DNA from: Halobellus limi
GTDB taxonomy: Archaea > Halobacteriota > Halobacteria > Halobacteriales > Haloferacaceae
NCBI RefSeq assembly: GCF_004799685.1
Contig: NZ_CP031311.1
Coordinates: 2,371,355-2,411,354 of the forward strand
Length of the DNA stretch: 40,000 nucleotides
Direction of reading: 5' to 3'
The notes beneath the pieces were generated by a model, which saw nothing but the letters and a program-made list of their open reading frames with translations, was not told the origin of the DNA and made no database searches. The translations under genes and the position numbers were made by a program. This document shows positions 8,809-16,759 of this stretch, one piece after another (positions within the stretch are counted from its first letter, which is position 1; every line of letters starts with the position of its first letter).

Positions 8809-11800
8809 ATGAAACAGGCAGGGCTCACGGACAACTGGAGCGGCGGCGGGGACGACGCCGCCGAGGGCTCCCGGCCCGACGAGGAGGCGGTCGCCGTCGC
8901 CGGCAACGGCAGCCAGCACGTCTCCGAGGTCGTCGACGCCGAGGACATCCGCTTTCCCGACGCCGACGGCACGGTCGAGCTGATGGTGACGCAGGTGAAC
9001 TACTCCATCGAGGGGAGCGGAAACAGCGAGTACCCCGTCCTCCACGTCTTCGGCCGGACCCGCGAGAACGAGGTCGAACACGTCCGCGTGCTCGGCTTCG
9101 AGCCCTACTTCTACGCGCCGACGGAGACGCTCGACGACGACAAACTCGACAGGGACGTCATCACGCGCACCGAGGACGGATTCGAGAGCATCCGCGGCGA
9201 CGACCTCACGAAGATCTGCACCCGGACGCCGCGGGACGTCGGGCAGATCCGCGACGAGTTCGAACACTACGAGGCGGACATCCTCTTTCCGAACCGCCTG
9301 CTGATCGACAAGGACATCAAGAGCGGAATCCGCGTCCCCGAGCGTCGGCTCGGAGACGACGCTGACGGCAGCGGAGGAAGCGACGGTGGTGACGAGGGAA
9401 CCGACGGGAACAGTACGATCCAGATCCCCCACGACGAGATCGAGCCCGTCGACGTCGAGGCGGACCTCCGCGTGAACACCTTCGACATCGAGGTCGACGA
9501 CCGCTCGGGCTTCCCCGAGGAGGGCGAGGAGCCGATCGTCTGTCTCACGAGCCACGACTCCTACCGCGACGAGTACGTGGCGTGGCTCTACGACGCCCCC
9601 GAGGCGGGCGCGGGCGTCGACTCCCCCGACGACCTCGCCGACTACGAACCGCTCCGCGACGACACCGAAATCGACGTCCGTTCCTTCGAGCGCGAGGACG
9701 AGATGCTCGACGCGTTCGTGTCGTACATCGAAGAGACCGATAGCGATATTTTGACCGGCTGGAACTTCGAGGACTTCGACATGCCGTACCTCCTCGACCG
9801 GATGGAGGTACTGGACCCGACGTCGGAGTACGACCTCAGCCCCGAGCGCTTCTCCCGGATCGACGAGGTCTGGCGCAGCGGGTGGGGCGGCCCGAACGTG
9901 AAGGGCCGCGTCGTCTTCGACCTGCTGTACGCCTACAAGCGCACGCAGTTCTCCGAACTGGAGTCGTACCGCCTCGACGCCGTCGGCGAACTCGAACTCG
10001 ACGTCGGCAAGGAGCGCTACGCGGGCGACATCGGCGACCTCTGGGAGCAGGAGCCCGAGCGACTGCTGGAGTACAACGTCCGCGACGTGGAACTCTGCGT
10101 CGAGATCGACCGCAAGCAGGACGTCATCGCCTTCTGGGACGAGGTACGGACGTTCGTCGGCTGCAAGTTAGAGGACGCGACGACGCCCGGCGACACCGTC
10201 GACGTGTACATCCTCCACGAGGCCCACGGCCGCTTCGCCCTCCCGTCGAAGGGCCAGGCCGACGCCGAGGACTACGAGGGCGGGGCCGTCTTCGATCCGA
10301 TCACCGGGGTCAAAGAGAACGTGACGGTGCTCGACCTCAAGAGCCTCTATCCGATGTGCATGGTGACGATCAACGCGTCGCCGGAGACGAAGGTCGACCC
10401 CGACGAGTACGACGGCGAAACCTTTCAGGCCCCGAACGGGACGCACTTCCGGCGCGACCCGGACGGGATCATCCGCGAGATGATCGACGACCTGCTCGCA
10501 GAGCGCGAGGAGAAGAAGTCGCTGCGGAACGAGAACGATCCCAACACAGCGACCTACGAGCAGTACGATCGACAGCAGGCGGCTGTCAAGGTCATAATGA
10601 ACTGCTTCACGCCGGATACGGACGTACTCACGCCCGACGGCGTCCGCAACATCCGTGATCTCGACGTCGGCGACGAGGTCTACTCGCTCGATCCGGAGAC
10701 GATGCGGATGGAAGTGAAGCCGGTCGAGGAGACCCACGAGTACCCCGATTACAGGGGGGAACTCGTCGACATCCAGACCAGCAAGACCGACTTCCGCGTG
10801 ACGCCGAACCACCGGATGCTGGTCAGAAAGAACTCGAAGAACGGCGCGACGTGGGACGACTTCCGATTCGTCGAAGCGGGCGACCTCGATTCGTCTTCGC
10901 ACTACGAACTCCCGCACGAGTGGACGGTCGAACCCGGGGACCGAATCGACGAGGTCGACCTCACCGAACTGCTCGGCGAGGACGAGGAGTACGAGGTGTG
11001 GGTCCGCCCGTCCGTACACGGTCACACGTTCACCGCGGAACTGGGCTGGACGCCCCGACGCGTGCCGAAGGCGGACGTCGGACAGACCGGCTACGTGTTC
11101 ACCGCCGAGGAGTTCGAGGAACACCGCGAGTACATCGAGTCCGTCTGCGAGACCAGTTTCGTCCACCGTGAATCGGGGAGGAAGTGGATCCCGCGGACGT
11201 ACGACGGCGACGACTTCCTCGAACTCCTCGCGTGGTACGTCACCGAGGGTAACGTGTACACGTCCGAGGAAAAGCAGTTCGGCGAGAATCACCGGGGGTC
11301 GTCAACGACCGTCAAGATCGCACAGAACGCAGTCGCGGACGGCGGAGAGGCGGCGCGAGACGATCACGCGCGGATCGGTGAACTGCTCGACCGAATGGGC
11401 TTCGACTGCTACGTCGACGACCGAGCGTATCAGTTCACCTCGAAGCTTCTCGGGGGTCTGTTCGAACGTCTCTGCGGTGCGGACAGTTTCGAGAAACGGA
11501 TCCCCGACCTCGTCTTCGACGCCGCCGAGGGGCAGAAGCGCCGCTTCCTCGACACGCTCGTCGCGGGCGACGGCGACCGACAGGTGAACTCGTGGCGGTA
11601 CACGACGTCGAGCGAGCGGCTCCGCGACGACGTGCTTCGACTCTGTGCACACCTCGGAGAGACGGCGAGCTACAACCGCGACAGCGGGTCGTGGCGGATC
11701 TACTGCACCGAGGACGCGAAGAACTCGTTCCGGATGCACCGAAGCGGCGGGACGAGCACCGCGGACGAGGGTGCCTACTGCGTCACGGTCGCGGACAATC

Positions 11801-12816
11801 ACACGCTTCTGGCTGGGCGGAACGGGAAATTCCAGTTCATCGGTCAATCACTGTACGGCGTTCTCGGCTGGGATCGCTTCCGGCTGTACGACAAGGAGAT
11901 GGGCGCTGCCGTCACGGCAACGGGTCGTGACGTGATCGAGCACACCGCCGAGTCCGCGGGCGAACTTGGCAAGGAAGTGATATACGGGGACACTGACAGC
12001 GTTATGCTGGAACTCGGCGGCGACGTCTCCAAGGAAGAAGCCATAGAGCAGTCCTTCGAGTTGGAGGAGCACATCAACGACTCCTACGACGAGTTCGCCC
12101 TTCGGGAACTCGACGCGGCCCACCACCGCTTCCAGATCGAGTTCGAGAAGCTCTATCGCAGGTTCTTCCAGGCGGGCAAGAAGAAGCGCTACGCCGGCCA
12201 CATCGTCTGGAAGGAGGGCAAGGACGTCGACGACATCGACATCACGGGCTTCGAGTACAAGCGCTCGGACATCGCGCCGATCACGAAGGAGGTGCAGAAG
12301 CGCGTCATCGAGATGATCGTCTACGGAGAGGACAACGAGACGATCGCCGACTACCTCAACGGGATCATCGAGGACTTCGAGACCGGCGAGGTCCCCGTCG
12401 AGGACATCGGCATTCCCGGCGGGATCGGGAAGCGTCTGGACGCCTACGACACCGCGACGGCGCAGGTCCGCGGCGCGAAGTACGCCAACGAGTTCCTGGG
12501 GACGAACTTCGGACGGGGGTCGAAGCCGAAGCGGCTCTACCTGCGGAAGGTCCACCCCTCGTGGTTCCGGAAGATGGAAGACGAGGAGGGCTTCGACCCG
12601 CAGCGGGACGCCCTCTACGGCGAGTTCAAGCGCGACCCCGACGTCATCTGCATCGAGTACGACGACCAGCTCCCCGAGGAGTTCGAGGTCGACTGGGACA
12701 AGATGCTGGAGAAGACCCTCAAGGGCCCGATCGCGCGCATCATCGAGGCACTCGGGATGTCGTGGGACGAGGTGAAATCCGGGCAGGAGCAGACCGGACT
12801 CGGCAGTTTCGTGTGA
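8809..12816 (+). CDS. polB: Family-B DNA polymerase (PolB) interrupted by one intein
   Basis: Exo I FDIEV, motif A DLKSLYP, motif B KVIMN|SLYG split by the intein, motif C YGDTDS. The ATG at 8809 (MKQAGL...) is preferred over 8770 because the 13 intervening codons use rare A/T-ending codons (TTT TTA TAT GCT). Confidence 0.93.
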   Translation: MKQAGLTDNWSGGGDDAAEGSRPDEEAVAVAGNGSQHVSEVVDAEDIRFPDADGTVELMVTQVNYSIEGSGNSEYPVLHVFGRTRENEVEHVRVLGFEPYFYAPTETLDDDKLDRDVITRTEDGFESIRGDDLTKICTRTPRDVGQIRDEFEHYEADILFPNRLLIDKDIKSGIRVPERRLGDDADGSGGSDGGDEGTDGNSTIQIPHDEIEPVDVEADLRVNTFDIEVDDRSGFPEEGEEPIVCLTSHDSYRDEYVAWLYDAPEAGAGVDSPDDLADYEPLRDDTEIDVRSFEREDEMLDAFVSYIEETDSDILTGWNFEDFDMPYLLDRMEVLDPTSEYDLSPERFSRIDEVWRSGWGGPNVKGRVVFDLLYAYKRTQFSELESYRLDAVGELELDVGKERYAGDIGDLWEQEPERLLEYNVRDVELCVEIDRKQDVIAFWDEVRTFVGCKLEDATTPGDTVDVYILHEAHGRFALPSKGQADAEDYEGGAVFDPITGVKENVTVLDLKSLYPMCMVTINASPETKVDPDEYDGETFQAPNGTHFRRDPDGIIREMIDDLLAEREEKKSLRNENDPNTATYEQYDRQQAAVKVIMNCFTPDTDVLTPDGVRNIRDLDVGDEVYSLDPETMRMEVKPVEETHEYPDYRGELVDIQTSKTDFRVTPNHRMLVRKNSKNGATWDDFRFVEAGDLDSSSHYELPHEWTVEPGDRIDEVDLTELLGEDEEYEVWVRPSVHGHTFTAELGWTPRRVPKADVGQTGYVFTAEEFEEHREYIESVCETSFVHRESGRKWIPRTYDGDDFLELLAWYVTEGNVYTSEEKQFGENHRGSSTTVKIAQNAVADGGEAARDDHARIGELLDRMGFDCYVDDRAYQFTSKLLGGLFERLCGADSFEKRIPDLVFDAAEGQKRRFLDTLVAGDGDRQVNSWRYTTSSERLRDDVLRLCAHLGETASYNRDSGSWRIYCTEDAKNSFRMHRSGGTSTADEGAYCVTVADNHTLLAGRNGKFQFIGQSLYGVLGWDRFRLYDKEMGAAVTATGRDVIEHTAESAGELGKEVIYGDTDSVMLELGGDVSKEEAIEQSFELEEHINDSYDEFALRELDAAHHRFQIEFEKLYRRFFQAGKKKRYAGHIVWKEGKDVDDIDITGFEYKRSDIAPITKEVQKRVIEMIVYGEDNETIADYLNGIIEDFETGEVPVEDIGIPGGIGKRLDAYDTATAQVRGAKYANEFLGTNFGRGSKPKRLYLRKVHPSWFRKMEDEEGFDPQRDALYGEFKRDPDVICIEYDDQLPEEFEVDWDKMLEKTLKGPIARIIEALGMSWDEVKSGQEQTGLGSFV
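10603..11847 (+). mobile_element. Intein (415 aa) with a LAGLIDADG homing-endonuclease domain, inserted in PolB motif B
   Basis: It starts with Cys (CFTPDTDVL) directly after KVIMN. Block B is VTPNHRMLV. The two LAGLIDADG blocks are LLAWYVTEGN and FLDTLVAGDG. It ends ...KFQFIGQ and is followed by the extein SLYGVLGW. Confidence 0.9.
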
Positions 12817-12820
12817 CACT

Positions 12821-12900
12821 GAGTACTCTCACTTTTTATCGCCGAGCGCCATCCACGTTGCCCGCTCTCGACGGTGAGAGCCGAGAGTAATCGGTGTGAG
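12821..12900 (+). repeat. Intergenic repeat family, copy R1 (imperfect hairpin)
   Basis: It shares collinear blocks with 32023-32118: GAGTACTC, TACTCTC, CGCCGAGCGCC, GTGAGAG, AATC and (AC)GGTG(A/T)GAG. The ungapped alignment 12824-12850 vs 32044-32070 has 21/27 identities. Internal 7-bp stem 12826-12832/12874-12880. Confidence 0.6.
12833..12837 (+). terminator. Oligo-T (T5) terminator candidate after polB
   Basis: cactttttatc lies 17 nt after the polB stop, inside repeat copy R1. Confidence 0.4.
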
Positions 12901-12938
12901 TCGGCGCGACCCCGCCATGCGTCGACACGTCACGTATC

Positions 12939-12952
12939 CGAAACTGGTTTCG
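12939..12952. promoter_or_regulatory. Perfect 6-2-6 palindrome CGAAAC-TG-GTTTCG just upstream of an AT-rich TATA-like stretch in the suf leader
   Basis: Read directly from the sequence. The AT-rich stretch gcaaataatttttacc follows at 12958-12974, and the sufC ATG is at 13057. Confidence 0.35.
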
Positions 12953-13056
12953 TAAAACGCAAATAATTTTTACCGACAGTAAAGCGACGAGTGGGGAATG
13001 CGTAACCATTATGGGTGCAAGAGCCCACTTTAGCGATACGAGGCAACGAAACAACG

Positions 13057-13971
13057 ATGGCTACACTCGAAATCAAGAACCTCCACGCGAGCGTGGCGGA
13101 GGAAGGCGGCGAACAGATTCTTCGTGGCGTCGACCTGGAGGTCAACTCCGGGGAGATCCACGCCCTGATGGGACCGAACGGGTCGGGGAAGTCGACGACG
13201 GCGAAGATCATCGCCGGGCACCCCGCCTACGAGGTGACCGACGGAGAGATTCTCCTCCACCTCGAAGACGACGAGTTCGGCGACGACGTCGAGATCCCCG
13301 CGGACAAACGCACCTGGGACCTTCTGGACCTGGAGCCGAACGAGCGCGCGGCGCTCGGTATCTTCCTCGGCTTCCAGTACCCCGCGGAGATCGAGGGCGT
13401 CACGATGACGAACTTCCTGCGCACGGCGCTCAACGCCAAACTCGAAGAACGCGAGGAGCTCTTCGAGGAGGACGACGAAGCGGAGGCCGAGACCGACGAC
13501 GAAGAGGGCTACGAGACCTCGCCGATGGAGGGCCCCGCCGACGAGGGCGAGATCGGCGTCGCCGAGTTCCAGAAGCTCCTCAAGGAGAAGATGGAGCTCC
13601 TGGACATGGACGAGAAGTTCATGCAGCGCTACCTCAACGCCGGGTTCTCCGGCGGCGAGAAGAAGCAGAACGAGGTGCTGCAGGCGGCCATCCTCGAACC
13701 GTCGATCGCCGTCCTCGACGAGATCGACTCGGGGCTGGACATCGACCGACTCCAGGACGTCTCCGAGGGGATCAACGCCCTCCGCGACGAGCAGGGCACG
13801 GGCATCCTCCAGATCACCCACTACCAGCGGATCCTCGAGTACGTCGAGCCCGATCACGTCCACGTGATGCTCGACGGCAAGATCGCGAAGAGCGGCGACG
13901 CATCGCTCGCCGAGGAGCTCGAAGACGAGGGCTACGACTGGGTCCGCGAGGAAGTCTACGAGACGGCGTAA
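13057..13971 (+). CDS. sufC: Fe-S cluster assembly ATPase SufC
   Basis: Walker A GPNGSGKST, ABC signature FSGGEKK, Walker B AVLDEIDSGLD. It carries a halophile-style acidic insertion. Start set at the ATG at 13057 (MATLEIKNL). Confidence 0.95.
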   Translation: MATLEIKNLHASVAEEGGEQILRGVDLEVNSGEIHALMGPNGSGKSTTAKIIAGHPAYEVTDGEILLHLEDDEFGDDVEIPADKRTWDLLDLEPNERAALGIFLGFQYPAEIEGVTMTNFLRTALNAKLEEREELFEEDDEAEAETDDEEGYETSPMEGPADEGEIGVAEFQKLLKEKMELLDMDEKFMQRYLNAGFSGGEKKQNEVLQAAILEPSIAVLDEIDSGLDIDRLQDVSEGINALRDEQGTGILQITHYQRILEYVEPDHVHVMLDGKIAKSGDASLAEELEDEGYDWVREEVYETA

Positions 13972-14029
13972 CTATGTTCAGTTACGCACAGCCTCATAAG
14001 CAACGAACCGTAAACACACACTACCCACA

Positions 14030-15460
14030 ATGAGTTCCGAACAAGACCACCTCAAAGAGACCGACACCGAGGCCCGCTTCGACTTCAAGAAGGAGGAGAC
14101 CTCGGCGTTCCAGACCGAGAAGGGCCTGACCGAAGAGACGGTCCGCGTCATCTCCGAGGACAAAGACGAGCCCGAGTGGATGCTGAACCGCCGCCTCCGG
14201 GCGCTGGAGCAGTTCCAGGAGATGCCGATGCCGACCGACTGGCCCGGCCAGCCGGACCTCTCGGAGGTCGACATCGCCGAGATCGTCCCGTACATCCGTC
14301 CCGACGTCGACGTCCGCGCGGGCGTCGACGACTGGACCGAACTCCCCGACGAGATCAAAGACACCTTCGACAAACTGGGCATCCCCGAGGCCGAGAAGAA
14401 CGCCCTCTCCGGCGTCGGCGCGCAGTACGAGTCGGAGGTCGTCTACCAGAACATGCAGGAGCGCTGGGAGGAGAAGGGCGTCATCTTCATGAACATGGAC
14501 GAGGCGGTGCAGAAGCACCCCGACATCGTCCGCGAGCACTTCATGACGAAGTGCGTCCCTCCGTCAGACAACAAGTTCGCCGCGCTCCACGGCGCGGTCT
14601 GGTCCGGCGGTTCGTTCGTGTACGTCCCCGAGGACGTCACCGTCGAGATGCCGGTCCAGGCGTACTTCCGGATGAACTCGGAGGGGATGGGCCAGTTCGA
14701 GCACACGCTCATCGTCGCCGAGGACGGCGCGGAGGTCCACTATATCGAGGGCTGCAGCGCGCCCAAGTACTCCGCGTTCAACCTCCACTCCGGCGGCGTC
14801 GAGGTCTTCGTGGGCGAAGACGCCCACGTCCAGTACTCGACGGTCCAGAACTGGTCGAAGAACACCTACAACCTCAACACCAAGCGCGCGCTCGTCGAGG
14901 CCGGCGGCCGGATGGAGTGGATCTCCGGATCGATGGGCTCGAAGGCGACGATGCTGTACCCCTCGACCGTCCTGAAGGGTCCCGGCGCCTCCGACAACCA
15001 CATCACCATCGCCTTCGCGGGCGAGGGCCAGAACATCGACACCGGCGCGAAGGTCTACCACAACGCGCCGAACACGAAGTCGACGATCGAGTCGAAGTCG
15101 ATCTCGAAGGACGGCGGCCGCACCAACTACCGAGGGCTGGTCCACATCGCCGACGGCGCCGAGGACTCCTCGACGTCGGTCGAGTGCGACGCGCTGATGT
15201 TCGACAACGAGTCGACGTCGGACACGATGCCGTACATGGAGATCAACGAGTCGAAGGTCGACGTCGCCCACGAGGCCACGGTCGGGAAAATCGGCGACGA
15301 GGACGTCTTCTACCTCCAGTCGCGCGGTCTCGACGACGACGACGCCAAGCAGATGATCGTCTCGGGCTTCATCGAGCCGATCACGGAGGAACTGCCGATC
15401 GAGTACGCGGTCGAACTCAACCGCCTCGTCGAACTCGAGATGGAGGGGAGCCTCGGGTAA
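14030..15460 (+). CDS. sufB: Fe-S cluster assembly protein SufB
   Basis: 476 aa. It shows SufB-type sequence throughout (FEHTLIVAEDGAEVHYIEGC..., C-terminal beta-helix region) and sits between sufC and sufD. Confidence 0.95.
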   Translation: MSSEQDHLKETDTEARFDFKKEETSAFQTEKGLTEETVRVISEDKDEPEWMLNRRLRALEQFQEMPMPTDWPGQPDLSEVDIAEIVPYIRPDVDVRAGVDDWTELPDEIKDTFDKLGIPEAEKNALSGVGAQYESEVVYQNMQERWEEKGVIFMNMDEAVQKHPDIVREHFMTKCVPPSDNKFAALHGAVWSGGSFVYVPEDVTVEMPVQAYFRMNSEGMGQFEHTLIVAEDGAEVHYIEGCSAPKYSAFNLHSGGVEVFVGEDAHVQYSTVQNWSKNTYNLNTKRALVEAGGRMEWISGSMGSKATMLYPSTVLKGPGASDNHITIAFAGEGQNIDTGAKVYHNAPNTKSTIESKSISKDGGRTNYRGLVHIADGAEDSSTSVECDALMFDNESTSDTMPYMEINESKVDVAHEATVGKIGDEDVFYLQSRGLDDDDAKQMIVSGFIEPITEELPIEYAVELNRLVELEMEGSLG

Positions 15461-15461
15461 T

Positions 15462-16676
15462 ATGAGCAGCGCACAACTCCCCGCGAACCTGTCGACGGAG
15501 ACGGTTCGAGAGATCTCCGAGAGTCGCGACGAGCCCGAGTGGCTGCTTGACGCCCGACTCGACGCGCTGGACGCGCTCGAATCGCTGGACCTGCCGGACG
15601 TCATCCAGACGCCGGGCCGGCGCTGGACGAACCTCGAAGCGCTCGACTTCGAGTCGCTGGTCGACCCGCTCGACCAGGCCGACGAGACCGAGCGGACGTC
15701 CGACGAGGGCGTCGAGGTGCTCACGTTCACCGAAGCGCTCGAGGAGCACCCGGACCTCGTCGAGTCCGCCTTCGGGTCGACGATCGACCCCCAGGAGAAC
15801 TACCTCACGGCGCTGTCGGCGGCGCTCTTCACGACCGGCACCGTCGTCTACGTCCCCGAGGGCGTCGACGCCGAGGACGTGACGATCCGCGCGGAGATGA
15901 ACTCCCGCTCGCTGTTCAGTCACACGCTCGTCGTCACGGAGAAATCCTCCTCGGTGACGATCCTCGAAAGCATCGAGTCCGGCGCCGAGGTCGACGCCGA
16001 CGCCCGGTACTTCTCGAACCTCGTCGAGATCGACGCGGGCGAGAACTCCTACGTGCAGTACGGATCGCTGCAGGACCTCGAAGAGGACACCTACACGTAC
16101 TCGCTGAAGCGCGCCGACGTCGGCACCTACGCGACAGTCAACTGGATCGAGGGCAACCTCGGCTCCCGGCTGACCCGCTCGGACGTCGAGTCCGAACTCA
16201 ACGGCGACTCCGCGGAGACGAAGATCGTCGGCGCGTTCTTCGGCCACGGCGGCCAGCACTTCGACGTCAACGCCCGCGTCTGGCACGAGGCCGAGAACAC
16301 GACGGCTGATCTGGTCACCCGCGGCGTCCTCGACGACCAGGCGCGCTCGGTGTACGAGGGCGTCCAGGACGTCGGCCGCGACGCGTGGAACACCTCCTCC
16401 TACCAGCGGGAGAACACGCTGATGCTCTCAGACGAGAGCGAGGCCGACGCGTCGCCGAAGCTGATCATCCACAACCACGACACCGAGGCGTCGCACTCGG
16501 CGACGGTCGGACAGGTCGACCAGGAGGACCTGTTCTACATGGTCTCGCGGTCGATCCCGGACCAGCAGGCGCGGAACATGCTCGTCGAGGGCTTCTTCGT
16601 GCCCGTCCTCGAGGAGATCGAAGTCGACGAGTTCCGCGAGGACCTCGAAGAACTGATCGCCGCGCGGCTTCGGTGA
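15462..16676 (+). CDS. sufD: Fe-S cluster assembly protein SufD
   Basis: 404 aa and a SufB/D-family paralogue. Its start lies 1 nt after the sufB stop. Confidence 0.92.
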   Translation: MSSAQLPANLSTETVREISESRDEPEWLLDARLDALDALESLDLPDVIQTPGRRWTNLEALDFESLVDPLDQADETERTSDEGVEVLTFTEALEEHPDLVESAFGSTIDPQENYLTALSAALFTTGTVVYVPEGVDAEDVTIRAEMNSRSLFSHTLVVTEKSSSVTILESIESGAEVDADARYFSNLVEIDAGENSYVQYGSLQDLEEDTYTYSLKRADVGTYATVNWIEGNLGSRLTRSDVESELNGDSAETKIVGAFFGHGGQHFDVNARVWHEAENTTADLVTRGVLDDQARSVYEGVQDVGRDAWNTSSYQRENTLMLSDESEADASPKLIIHNHDTEASHSATVGQVDQEDLFYMVSRSIPDQQARNMLVEGFFVPVLEEIEVDEFREDLEELIAARLR

Positions 16677-16759
16677 CGGCGATCCCCCGCTGATCTCGGG
16701 CTTCGTTCCCGGCGGAGCAGTTCTCGCGGCTTTTCTCGACGGATCTGTTCTCGCGGAAT

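Noticed and set aside
12836-13211. Minus-strand ORFs of 72 and 93 aa in the polB-sufC spacer and the sufC 5' end.
   Set aside because: They have poor codon usage, run through AT-rich promoter-like DNA and overlap the well-supported sufC start.
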